DNA of 64,000 nucleotides. Origin: a virus. Below, piece by piece: positions 19,136 to 27,963 of this stretch. Position numbers and translations under genes: made by a program. The notes beneath the pieces are model-generated. The model was not told where the DNA came from. It saw nothing but the letters and a program-made list of their open reading frames with translations, and made no database searches. The stretch spans positions 10,973 to 74,972 of IMG/VR virus record IMGVR_UViG_3300033145_001721. One strand, given 5' to 3'. Every line of letters begins with the position of its first letter. Position 1 is the stretch's first letter.

Positions 19136-19531
19136 ATGCTTATGTTAACCTTTTGTATTTTGGCAATACATCCTACAATCTCCGAATCTCAACAAAGAGA
19201 TTTATTCCGAACAATCACTGCAATTTGTATGGTGGAATCATCTGGGGGTCGTGACTGTCGTGATGGGGATAACGGAATGGCCGTTGGCCCGCTACAAATT
19301 CACATGGTTGTCTTATCCGATGTCAACCACCACTACGGAACCACATACAAATCGGCAGACCGGCGCAACTTCGAATCATCGATAGGAATTTGCCTGCGGT
19401 ATCTACTGCTGTGGGCCCCAAATGGCACGCCAGAGCGTTGGGCTAGAATATGGAATGGAGGACCGAAAGGGGATAAGAAAACTTCAACGATAGCCTATTG
19501 GAACAAAGTTCGCCGACACTTATTGCCGTAG
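19136..19531 (+). CDS. Lysozyme-like muramidase (i-type/destabilase-like), endolysin candidate
   Basis: AICMVESSG...GDNG.AVGPLQIH...ARIWNGGPKG...T..YWNKV; hydrophobic N-terminus. Confidence 0.75.
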   Translation: MLMLTFCILAIHPTISESQQRDLFRTITAICMVESSGGRDCRDGDNGMAVGPLQIHMVVLSDVNHHYGTTYKSADRRNFESSIGICLRYLLLWAPNGTPERWARIWNGGPKGDKKTSTIAYWNKVRRHLLP

Positions 19532-19550
19532 TGTTGGCACATCCATCGTG

Positions 19551-20084
19551 TCATATCTTATCTTGTTCTAATGCCTCCAGCAGGATACAGCAGCGTGTAC
19601 GTGACATATTCAACATAAAAGTAAGAAGCCCATTAGCCAGTGATTCAATATGTGTATCCCCTGGATGCGAATATGCACGGGCTATAATCCATAATGTCTC
19701 TTTATTAACCCGTCTCAATAGTTTATCTGCCAAATCGGCCCAGCTTCCATTCGCAGGGTTGGGGATAGAACATGGTGCATACATATCAACATTATCTTTA
19801 TGGCATTTCTTACATTTCGTACATGTAGAAATGTCTGCGCCTTCACAAACAATTGTCACGTCAATATCATGCATCCAAACACTGTAAACCTCAGAACTGA
19901 TTTTATCGTGAATAGATTCCAACACTTTGGATATTTCTATCCTAAGATCAATATCATTTAGGTCCGTGTACTGCTTAGGTATCATGGCCTGCTTCCGTTT
20001 CCGGTTCTCAACACAAACACGGTTGGCGTAATCAATCGTGTGTTGAGGTATGTCACCCCAAAAAGCTTTTTCTTGCTCATTCAT
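19551..20084 (-). CDS. Hypothetical protein
   Basis: Probable start MNEQE with GAGG RBS; CxxCxxC cluster. Confidence 0.5.
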   Translation of the reverse strand: MNEQEKAFWGDIPQHTIDYANRVCVENRKRKQAMIPKQYTDLNDIDLRIEISKVLESIHDKISSEVYSVWMHDIDVTIVCEGADISTCTKCKKCHKDNVDMYAPCSIPNPANGSWADLADKLLRRVNKETLWIIARAYSHPGDTHIESLANGLLTFMLNMSRTRCCILLEALEQDKI

Positions 20085-20239
20085 TTCAACCTCGTAGATC
20101 CTGGCCACACAAAATACAATAATCCTTCTTGGATTGCACAAACTTACACTTGGGGCATGTAACTGTTTTCGTTTCTCCCTGGGGTTCAACATTAACTATC
20201 TCAATGCGCTTACGCTCCTTAGCTTTCTGTTTTGATATT

Positions 20240-20911
20240 TTACTCATCGCGTAGTATTCCTATTTTGCTAAACCGTGCGAATTCATTTTCTACAACCAGC
20301 TTCACCCTATCTGCCCAACACAATTGGCTCCAAGACTCCATTCGCTCAACTATATCTACATTGCCGGTGTCAATGATCTTTAGATTAGAAATCTCAGCAT
20401 CATTATTGACCTTTACAGAATCCAAATCAGAAACGCGCACCCAATACACCACACCCAGATGACGCTCACTCACTTCATTTGAATCGTCATTGATAATGCC
20501 CACAATATTCTGCATATAATTATAAGGCAATAAAAGTTCCTCATGCAATTCACGAATCACACAGGCATTCAATAAACCCAACAACGATTGTAGTTGATCT
20601 GTCGGATTTACATGCCCCCCAAAGCCAATACTAATCTTTGCTTTCAACCTATCATCACACTGCTTACCCCGTGTATAAATCAAAAACCGAACACCATCGG
20701 TAACAATAACATACGGAATAATTTGTTTGACTGTGTCATCTTTCTCAGCTTCATCCCGCACCATGAATCGCATGTTACAAAGATGATATGTGTCAAGCTT
20801 CAATAAATTATGAACACACTTGCAACCTACTACCAACCCAAGGGGTTGTACAACATGCTGACTCAAAGCTACACGATTTGCTACCAGTACTTGTTCTCCG
20901 TCAAAATTCAT
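20240..20911 (-). CDS. NUDIX-family phosphoesterase (COG4112-like)
   Basis: R.EAE.D...KQIIPY...SIGFGGHVN...RELHEEL...GIINDDSNEV...HLG. Confidence 0.8.
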   Translation of the reverse strand: MNFDGEQVLVANRVALSQHVVQPLGLVVGCKCVHNLLKLDTYHLCNMRFMVRDEAEKDDTVKQIIPYVIVTDGVRFLIYTRGKQCDDRLKAKISIGFGGHVNPTDQLQSLLGLLNACVIRELHEELLLPYNYMQNIVGIINDDSNEVSERHLGVVYWVRVSDLDSVKVNNDAEISNLKIIDTGNVDIVERMESWSQLCWADRVKLVVENEFARFSKIGILRDE

Positions 20912-20954
20912 ATTTCTAACCCCATTCCTACATCACCTACATATTGTATTTTAC

Positions 20955-21203
20955 TCATTCCGAAGGTACAAGTTGAAAATGTTTATCAAAACTTTCTTTG
21001 GGACTCCACCACTCGTGTTTATCACCTACAAAGTTGATCTTGTATCCAACGTCAGGATTATCACTAACAGATAAGCCTGATGTTGTCCAACCACGATACT
21101 CGATCCATTCACCCAATGTCATGGGCTCTGCTTCTACATAATTAAGTGATGCATATATCACTGCCATGAATCCCACTTTCTCTATTTCTTTGTAGTATAC
21201 CAT
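20955..21203 (-). CDS. Small conserved phage protein
   Basis: VEAEPMTLGE...RGW...GYKI...WSPKESFD motif. Confidence 0.6.
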   Translation of the reverse strand: MVYYKEIEKVGFMAVIYASLNYVEAEPMTLGEWIEYRGWTTSGLSVSDNPDVGYKINFVGDKHEWWSPKESFDKHFQLVPSE

Positions 21204-21224
21204 AATCCCGCCTACATAAAAATA

Positions 21225-21262
21225 AAAGGGTTGGAGTGGTAAGCCATGTCCCCCAACCCTTT
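21225..21262 (-). terminator. Rho-independent terminator (possibly bidirectional)
   Basis: Stem aaagggttgg / ccaacccttt, followed on the minus strand by UUUUAUUUUU. Confidence 0.7.
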
Positions 21263-21562
21263 ATTCACTTGCGTTACAAACTCGTCGTAAGATTGTTTAT
21301 CTATATACTAGCATGGGGCTAGCCATACGTGCTGGGTTTCTGGCACGTTCGCCACACAGTAGCTCTTATTATGTAGCACGCAGAGTCCATTGCAGTTTGA
21401 ACTATGATTGCTATTGGGAATGTGAAAGTGCAAAGAAGTGATATAATGAAAATGCATCGGAACCAACATCGGTTCCCAACAACAAACATTTTGTGAAACC
21501 ACATAAACATCTACTTTGTACTCTCCTACTCATTACGGCAAAAACTCTGGACACCTATATTA

Positions 21563-21817
21563 TCACTTCATCTCTTTTAGTTGATCTATGAGACGCCTAT
21601 CATTTTCACTTAAAGGCCTGTTCCTACTAAGCCAATCAATCATTATCCATTTCAATTGATTGATTTTAAGATTTGACATGTTGGGCTTGATTGCAATGAA
21701 TCGTCGGATCCGCCTTCGATACAGAATACAAATAACCCCTTGAATCACATACATCGAAAGTAGCGAAAAAGCTACCATAATCCAAATAATGGCGAAAAGG
21801 CTCGATATTTCGTACAT
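21563..21817 (-). CDS. Small membrane protein
   Basis: One N-terminal TM segment followed by a basic stretch. Confidence 0.5.
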   Translation of the reverse strand: MYEISSLFAIIWIMVAFSLLSMYVIQGVICILYRRRIRRFIAIKPNMSNLKINQLKWIMIDWLSRNRPLSENDRRLIDQLKEMK

Positions 21818-21821
21818 TATA

Positions 21822-22007
21822 TTACCCCCTCATGTCCCGCGTCACTTGATGCAAAGTGTACCAAATCATCTTAAGCACATAACGTAAGACCTTAAACGCA
21901 ACAATCCCAGCAAAAACCATACAAACCGGGATAAATACTAACATAGCCTTACCAAATACTTCAGTATAAAGTGGACTTTCAAGTATTAACTTGAACATAT
22001 TCAACAT
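21822..22007 (-). CDS. Small membrane protein
   Basis: Central TM segment; AGGAGA RBS. Confidence 0.5.
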   Translation of the reverse strand: MLNMFKLILESPLYTEVFGKAMLVFIPVCMVFAGIVAFKVLRYVLKMIWYTLHQVTRDMRG

Positions 22008-22022
22008 CGCACTATCTCCTAT

Positions 22023-22262
22023 TCACTCACACACATATCCCTGTGATACAGCCCACATTTCTGCCTCCACCAAATTCTGATACCTACCACGGCGCATTAC
22101 CACGGCAGAATATGGAGCGACAAATGGTGTGTTTGGATCAATCAATATAACCTCTTTGCTTGCCTGTAGCACAATGGGCATCAATGGATCTGCCGACTCG
22201 CATCCACTGCTGATAATACTTATGAGCAGAAACAGCATTGCCATCACGCAAAGCTTTCGCAT
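22023..22262 (-). CDS. Lipoprotein, o-spanin (Rz1-like) candidate
   Basis: Probable start MRKLCVMAMLFLLISIISSG-C (lipobox-like); begins inside 22138..22410 in another frame. Confidence 0.55.
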   Translation of the reverse strand: MRKLCVMAMLFLLISIISSGCESADPLMPIVLQASKEVILIDPNTPFVAPYSAVVMRRGRYQNLVEAEMWAVSQGYVCE

Positions 22263-22410
22263 GCAAATCTCGCAAACCGCTAAATTGTTTATGCAACAAA
22301 TCATATTTCTTCCTCCACTGTGCTTTAGCACCCCAACGATCCTGGTACAACGTCTGAAAGAATTTGATTGCATTACTAAACAAAGACACTATGGCCATTA
22401 AAGATTTCAT
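22138..22410 (-). CDS. i-spanin (Rz-like) candidate
   Basis: Hydrophobic N-terminus and helical body; overlaps the lipoprotein ORF. Confidence 0.4.
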   Translation of the reverse strand: MKSLMAIVSLFSNAIKFFQTLYQDRWGAKAQWRKKYDLLHKQFSGLRDLHAKALRDGNAVSAHKYYQQWMRVGRSIDAHCATGKQRGYID

Positions 22411-22721
22411 GTCATTCTCTCCACTCTCAAATCGCTAAGTAATCTACCCACCCATCCCCTCCATGTCTCCACATGCATCCAACCTATCATCTGAGACTCT
22501 GGTCCCAACTTCGATGTACACAAATCAACAGGTAGGTACAAAGGTTCACATCCACATAAACGCATATACCCAATCAATTTGCCCTCATTAGTTCCACGCG
22601 TCCCATAAATTTTGTATATATCACTTACCCATTTAATTTGTTTAGCATCTGAATCTCGCATCTCATCCCTTTCGTTCCTGCTCAGCTTTACGCTTCCATG
22701 CATCCCACAAAAACGGATCAA
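22407..22721 (-). CDS. Hypothetical protein
   Basis: ORF track; stop overlaps the next start (ATGA). Confidence 0.4.
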   Translation of the reverse strand: MIRFCGMHGSVKLSRNERDEMRDSDAKQIKWVSDIYKIYGTRGTNEGKLIGYMRLCGCEPLYLPVDLCTSKLGPESQMIGWMHVETWRGWVGRLLSDLRVERMT

Positions 22722-22883
22722 TTACAACTACTCGAATTTTGAATACAATTCCGAACATCCACAACAAATCCGACAAATCAAACAAAGACATTTCGGGGAA
22801 TCTTCTCGCCAATTCAGCATAACCAATAGTCTGACTCGGAAATCCCGAAACTTCTAACCGCATATCCCAATCCATTTCAATCC

Positions 22884-23120
22884 CTAAATAACTGGTGTTT
22901 CTGGCTTCGGAGACGGCACAGGATGGCCTAAACGCTGGGCAGCCACATCTTGTATCAGCTGAGCTACAATGACTGCTATAGATAGCCCAAAGATCATCCA
23001 TGATGGGGCATCCCCTTTGCTCAACATCCACATACCAAACAACGCTGCGGCAAATTTCTTTTTCATGATGTTTTGAACCGATGCAGAAATCGCACCATCG
23101 ATCTTCGTTGCTGTTTCCAT
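22884..23120 (-). CDS. Holin-like two-TM protein
   Basis: METATK start with AAGGAG RBS; KKKFAAALFGMWML and WMIFGLSIAVIVAQLIQD. Confidence 0.55.
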   Translation of the reverse strand: METATKIDGAISASVQNIMKKKFAAALFGMWMLSKGDAPSWMIFGLSIAVIVAQLIQDVAAQRLGHPVPSPKPETPVI

Positions 23121-23222
23121 TTTGTTCTCCTTGATCAAAATTAAACCAAAAGGGGAGTGGCTTTATATCTTCAATAGATGTAAATCAAAGATACTCTACC
23201 ACTCCCAGAACAGGAGGGTGTT

Positions 23223-23807
23223 TTATTGGGAAACAAGAACATATCCACTACGCCCCAACACATATGTGCCTTCACGCTTCGCTAATTCCATCAAAGCCTT
23301 TTGCTTCATACGCATCCGCGCTGTAAATGTCTGCAACGTAAGTACTGGGGGTTTGTTTGCTGTATGTACATGCACAATCCAAGTACCCACACGTGATTTC
23401 TGATCTGGATGGTCATCTGTGGCTATCAACGTTATTGGAACTACTCCGGTTTCCTCACAATGATATACGATTGTATAGTCACCGTGCTCGTTCAACGGAA
23501 TTGATTCACCACTGTCATAATAATACAACGTAACTGTTTGTTGTGTATTCGGATCGCAAGCGCGTCCACAAATCACCAAATCCTGTCCAACATAAGCATC
23601 CCACACACCCAAATACAAATGTTGTCCCGACTCGGGATCAATGGGCACTAGATTTAGATCTACGTTCGCGGGTATATCCAAAAACACTTGTACACACATC
23701 GTATCATCATCTGCTTCATCCGCTATGCTTGGTGTTGTTACTGCCTGAATCCAAGGCAATACACCAAGCACAAGAACAAACACAAATCCAATTAGTCGAT
23801 ATTTCAT
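23223..23807 (-). CDS. Secreted protein with signal peptide and Ig/cadherin-like segment
   Basis: Probable start MKYRLIGFVFVLVLGVLPWIQA; ACDPN...ITLIATDD...NKPPVL. Confidence 0.55.
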   Translation of the reverse strand: MKYRLIGFVFVLVLGVLPWIQAVTTPSIADEADDDTMCVQVFLDIPANVDLNLVPIDPESGQHLYLGVWDAYVGQDLVICGRACDPNTQQTVTLYYYDSGESIPLNEHGDYTIVYHCEETGVVPITLIATDDHPDQKSRVGTWIVHVHTANKPPVLTLQTFTARMRMKQKALMELAKREGTYVLGRSGYVLVSQ

Positions 23808-24177
23808 ACATACCATCCTTTCATAAAAGGACTGGGGGAACTTATCCGGAGACAAATGTACGAATTTGACAAGTCCCCCAATCCCAGAGCAGGAAGAAAA
23901 GATAAGTAAACTAAAATGAAACTGGTTGCCTAGAAGTAAATCACCAAAGCACAAAACCAAAATCACAAAAGGGTTCCCGTCCACCTCGGCAATATATGGG
24001 TGTGCTATGTTTCCCGCATCATCGACAACCAGTTTCAAAGACTGAAATATTCATTTGTCAAATAAGGATGCTGAATTGCTAAACGAAAAGGCAACCATTC
24101 ACAATCCATTCACAATAAACCATCCATGTGCAATTCAGCATCCCTTATCTACCTATATTATCGCATGCCCATTATTG

Positions 24178-25293
24178 CTAAATCAATAACCCCTTGGAAC
24201 CTACGCAATGAGGACTTAGAAACAAACATTCCTTATGCCGATTTGTTTTACCACGTGTTTGCTTTGCGCCCGAAGTATTCCCATAACCACCCCCCGATTT
24301 CCAATGATGCGCACGCCAACCATACTGTAACAACTCCTTGTGTTCATCATAGTAACCAGCCAAAACAATACGATATTTCTTACGATTGCCCCGCTTCAAA
24401 CACCATTGTTGTACATCATGTGCCACCTGTAAACTATCCTCAGCATAAATTCCCGCAGTACGATCAGCCACGTCACTATAAGGTGGATCAAAGAAAATAC
24501 CTACAGGTATTCCAGACTTATGCTGCCAATCACCACCACAAACACGTGACCAATCACCACAAACTACTCGAACGTTTCGCAGCCTTTCACTGAGTTCCCT
24601 AAACCAATCATAAATTGGCGTCTTGTAAGGTTCTTGCACACCCTCACCCCTAGCCAAATTTGGTATCGAACCTTTAGCATGTACACCCTCACCCCTAGCC
24701 AAATTTGGTATCGAACCTTTAGCATGTACACCCTTACCAGCATTAGCCAAATTTGGTCTCTGACCTTTTGCATGTACACCCTTACCAGCATTAGCCAAAT
24801 TTGGTCTCTGACCTTTTGCATGTACACCCTTACCAGCATTAGCCAAATTTGGTCTCTGACCGGGACATATCAAACCAGCCCCAATCCAACAAGAGGCTGC
24901 CCATATATAATATCCAGCCAGTTTAGGATCGTAGTATTCGTCATCAGCACATAATCGCTCTAGCAACGTTTCAGTGTTAAGATTGAGCTTGCGTTTACGA
25001 GCAATCAAATCAGCATGATTAACAGGCCAATCACACCACTTAGCTACCTCATCGGGATTAGCTTGCAAGCTGCGCCATACGTTAGCAATATGACCATCCT
25101 TATCTACTACAGTTTCCACATGCTGTTGTGGATTCCAATGAGGCCTTGCCAATAATACAGCACACGATCCGCAAAAAGGTTCCAAGTAATGATTGACATT
25201 ACCCAGAGCCTTCCAAACCCTAGAGGCCACTGTGGCTTTACCACCAAAATACGAAAATGGGGCTTTCAAACATTTCGACATTTTACATCCCAA
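24178..25293 (-). CDS. DNA adenine methyltransferase (Dam/D12-like) with internal tandem repeats
   Basis: APFSYFGGK, YLEPFCGS and IFFDPPY motifs. Confidence 0.88.
   Translation of the reverse strand: MGCKMSKCLKAPFSYFGGKATVASRVWKALGNVNHYLEPFCGSCAVLLARPHWNPQQHVETVVDKDGHIANVWRSLQANPDEVAKWCDWPVNHADLIARKRKLNLNTETLLERLCADDEYYDPKLAGYYIWAASCWIGAGLICPGQRPNLANAGKGVHAKGQRPNLANAGKGVHAKGQRPNLANAGKGVHAKGSIPNLARGEGVHAKGSIPNLARGEGVQEPYKTPIYDWFRELSERLRNVRVVCGDWSRVCGGDWQHKSGIPVGIFFDPPYSDVADRTAGIYAEDSLQVAHDVQQWCLKRGNRKKYRIVLAGYYDEHKELLQYGWRAHHWKSGGGYGNTSGAKQTRGKTNRHKECLFLSPHCVGSKGLLI
24638..24861. repeat. In-frame tandem repeats: 2 x 45 bp plus about 3 x 48 bp
   Basis: Units start at 24638 and 24683 (45 bp) and at 24728, 24776, 24824 (48 bp, last partial); encode GSIPNLARGEGVHAK and GQRPNLANAGKGVHAK. 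Confidence 0.95.
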
Positions 25294-25295
25294 AT

Positions 25296-25817
25296 CTACG
25301 GTTGTGATTGTTTACCTATTGGCTTCGTAACACCGAACAGCAATTTGATCTCGTCATCTATATTATCGCTGTTACTTTCCGGCAGATAATAATCCAACCA
25401 TACTGTAGGCTGTGCAAACCAATCGGGGAAGAATCGCAGTTCCGTACTCGGCTTGAAAATCCAATTATGCTGATCGGTATCATAGAGCATAGACACACCA
25501 CCGTAAAGCTTTGCTGGATATTGGGACAATCCCCAATTGCCTGGAATGACTCTATCTACTACATCCCCAGCAACATCACCCATATTGAATTTGGTGTACA
25601 ATCCTACTGCTACATCCTCATCCTCAAAATCCGATCCTCCCACCACCTCAATACCAATGCTGCTGTTATTCGCATCCGCAATAACACCCAGAGCACCACG
25701 TGTTGCATTATCCCCGCCACCCAACTGCATTTCATATCCATATTCTGTACATCCAGTAAACACAAACACAGATACAATCAGCAATACTACCAACAGAATG
25801 TTTCTATTGCGATTCAT
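25296..25817 (-). CDS. Lipoprotein / outer-membrane beta-barrel-like protein
   Basis: MNRNRNILLVVLLIVSVFVFTG-C lipobox; amphipathic beta strands (SIGIEV, VGLYTKF, LYGGVSMLY, LLFGVT). Confidence 0.55.
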   Translation of the reverse strand: MNRNRNILLVVLLIVSVFVFTGCTEYGYEMQLGGGDNATRGALGVIADANNSSIGIEVVGGSDFEDEDVAVGLYTKFNMGDVAGDVVDRVIPGNWGLSQYPAKLYGGVSMLYDTDQHNWIFKPSTELRFFPDWFAQPTVWLDYYLPESNSDNIDDEIKLLFGVTKPIGKQSQP

Positions 25818-25904
25818 CGTTCTTACCCCTTTGTACATCACTAATGATTTTTGCTTTTTGTATGGCACTTATATTCAACCGATAATGTCATCGGATTATT
25901 TACA

Positions 25905-26144
25905 TCATTGTATTCTTGTCATCGTAACAAAATCACCTTTTTGTTCTATCAGCTTCTTACCACAATGACGACATACAGTCATACGTCCTCTTGGATGTCC
26001 CATCCCTGGATTTTTATTCTCTGTCGCAATCCAATAAGCCTTATTTTTACAACGCCAACGCTTAACCGGTCCAAAAGACATAAACGTTCCATTCGCCCGC
26101 AAACACTGACAACGTTTCAAATCGATTGGTGTTAACTTTTTCAT
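25905..26144 (-). CDS. Small Cys-rich protein
   Basis: RCQC...RC...VCRHC. Confidence 0.5.
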   Translation of the reverse strand: MKKLTPIDLKRCQCLRANGTFMSFGPVKRWRCKNKAYWIATENKNPGMGHPRGRMTVCRHCGKKLIEQKGDFVTMTRIQ

Positions 26145-26147
26145 CGT

Positions 26148-26444
26148 TCATTCTCCCACACATTTCATCTTTTGTACACTTTCACTTGGTTTCTTAGGTA
26201 CAAACGTCTTGATGATATCAAGCACATCATCACACAATAAAACATCAGCCGGACTGTAATATACTACAGTTATTGTTGGAGGCTCATCTGGTATAATTTC
26301 CAACGTTAGAGACTTCACATGCCCTGGAAAATGTTCTCGCAAAGCCCTACCTAATGCCGTATCACTATTCCACAAATCGCATCCTGATCCAAAATAACAA
26401 AGTGATTTGGATTTATCATCCTGATTGTTTGCTTGTGTTCCCAT
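26148..26444 (-). CDS. Hypothetical protein
   Basis: AAGGAG RBS; packed ORF. Confidence 0.5.
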   Translation of the reverse strand: MGTQANNQDDKSKSLCYFGSGCDLWNSDTALGRALREHFPGHVKSLTLEIIPDEPPTITVVYYSPADVLLCDDVLDIIKTFVPKKPSESVQKMKCVGE

Positions 26445-26450
26445 TGTTAT

Positions 26451-26765
26451 TTACTCCTTTTCTTCTTTGTTATCTTTAGACCCCTTCTGTTTCTTCTGGT
26501 TTAGGTCAAACCAAAAAAACAAATCTTTCAATTGTTTCGTTTGGCCTGTTAATTCATCAGCCTCTGCTTTGATAGTTGCTAACGCAGCTTCCTCTCCTTC
26601 CATTTCTACATTATCGGCATAATAATACAGAAAATCAAGCACCCTCTCAATCCTATCACAATAGCCGCCCACATCGAAGTCACTCATACCCGTTTCTAAC
26701 CTCCTAACAGCCCATGTAACTGGCGATCTAGTACGAAGCCACGTTAGTGTACTCCCCCTAAACAA
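26451..26765 (-). CDS. Hypothetical protein
   Basis: ORF track; start uncertain. Confidence 0.45.
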   Translation of the reverse strand: MFRGSTLTWLRTRSPVTWAVRRLETGMSDFDVGGYCDRIERVLDFLYYYADNVEMEGEEAALATIKAEADELTGQTKQLKDLFFWFDLNQKKQKGSKDNKEEKE

Positions 26766-26771
26766 AATCCC

Positions 26772-26948
26772 TTAAACCACTTCCTCCAATGGGCAATTTT
26801 TCTCTTGGCTATTACCCTCACAGCAATCCCGATTATCCGGATAATTACAAAACGTCAACAACACATCACTTTCACTGGAATCCTCTTCTCCCTTCCAAAC
26901 AAAAAACGGACAAATCGCCACACCCAATTTCGTTTTACAAAACTCCAT
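26772..26948 (-). CDS. Small Cys-rich protein (58 aa)
   Basis: Not in the track. MEFCKTKLGVAICPFF...FCNYPDNRDCCEGNSQEKNCPLEEVV*, downstream of the motif at 26988-26998. Confidence 0.45.
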   Translation of the reverse strand: MEFCKTKLGVAICPFFVWKGEEDSSESDVLLTFCNYPDNRDCCEGNSQEKNCPLEEVV

Positions 26949-26991
26949 TTATGAATCATAATAAGGTTAAGATTTCTATGCTCTATTAATA

Positions 26992-27537
26992 TTATCGCAC
27001 ACCCGCAAACACTGACTGAAAACTAGACACAGCTTTATTTCGACGTAGATTGATTGTGCTTTCCGGCCGATCCAAATCCTCACCAATCTCACGATCACAT
27101 TTGTATTCCATGTACCGCTTATGCAATAACAACCAATCAGAAGGGTTGAAAAACCGCTTCCAAAATTCTAATTCATCCTGTAGTTCAAACATGTTTGGTT
27201 CTTCTGGCCCCGATATCATACTAACCAATGTATTGTATTTACCATCCACTGCCATTTGACTAAATGGTATTTGGTACTTACGTGTTCCAATCTTTCTGGT
27301 TTTAGTAAGTGTCCGCACTTTTTCCAACATTGCATAATACATAACACTTTTAACATAAGTATCAAATGGACCTCGATCTTCATTCCATCGTTTGTGACAC
27401 TTAACAGTAGCCATCAACGCTGCCCCCACCAAATCTTCACGATCTATCCACAATCTGCTCGTGTTAAAACAATATGACAATTGCCGTGCTGCGTTCATCG
27501 CTTCTGTTGCTTGATGCTCCGTCATCTGTCCATCCAT
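26992..27537 (-). CDS. Sigma-70-family (ECF-like) sigma factor
   Basis: DREDLVGAALMATVK....WNEDRGPFDTY (region 2) and DREIGEDLDRPESTINLRRNKA (region 4 HTH). Confidence 0.75.
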   Translation of the reverse strand: MDGQMTEHQATEAMNAARQLSYCFNTSRLWIDREDLVGAALMATVKCHKRWNEDRGPFDTYVKSVMYYAMLEKVRTLTKTRKIGTRKYQIPFSQMAVDGKYNTLVSMISGPEEPNMFELQDELEFWKRFFNPSDWLLLHKRYMEYKCDREIGEDLDRPESTINLRRNKAVSSFQSVFAGVR

Positions 27538-27547
27538 GATTATCTCC

Positions 27548-27961
27548 TTATTCGTAAATGTGTGCTGCTTTTTCCTTGCGTATTAATTCCACCATCAACA
27601 CGTACGACCAACCGTAACGATTGCATATGCTTTTCAAATACTTACAAGACGGATACGAATCTCCCGACTTCCAATGACTCACACGCATATCATCGACACC
27701 CAACAATTTTGCTAGTCGTTTGCCTTCCCCATATCCCCCAGACGCTTTCATTGCTTCCCGCAATACTTCTACGAAAGTCTTTGGATTACTCGATTCTTGG
27801 CCTGTTGTAATCCATTGAATCAGTGACTCCATAGTATGCATCGGAATAGCATGCATAGTCAAATCTTGAATAGAAGTCGAATCGGGTACTAATATTTCAA
27901 ACACGCGACCACATCGTCGCAAAGATAATTTTGAAGATAGCTGAAACTCTTGATAAGCCAT
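27548..27961 (-). CDS. XRE-family HTH regulator
   Basis: RLAKLLGVDDMRVSHWKSGDSYPS. Confidence 0.7.
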   Translation of the reverse strand: MAYQEFQLSSKLSLRRCGRVFEILVPDSTSIQDLTMHAIPMHTMESLIQWITTGQESSNPKTFVEVLREAMKASGGYGEGKRLAKLLGVDDMRVSHWKSGDSYPSCKYLKSICNRYGWSYVLMVELIRKEKAAHIYE

Positions 27962-27963
27962 AT

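Noticed and set aside
24564-24954. Repeats resembling a CRISPR array, and repeat-containing alternative ORFs
   Set aside because: Units are contiguous with no unique spacers, are multiples of 3 and lie in frame within the methylase; no cas genes.
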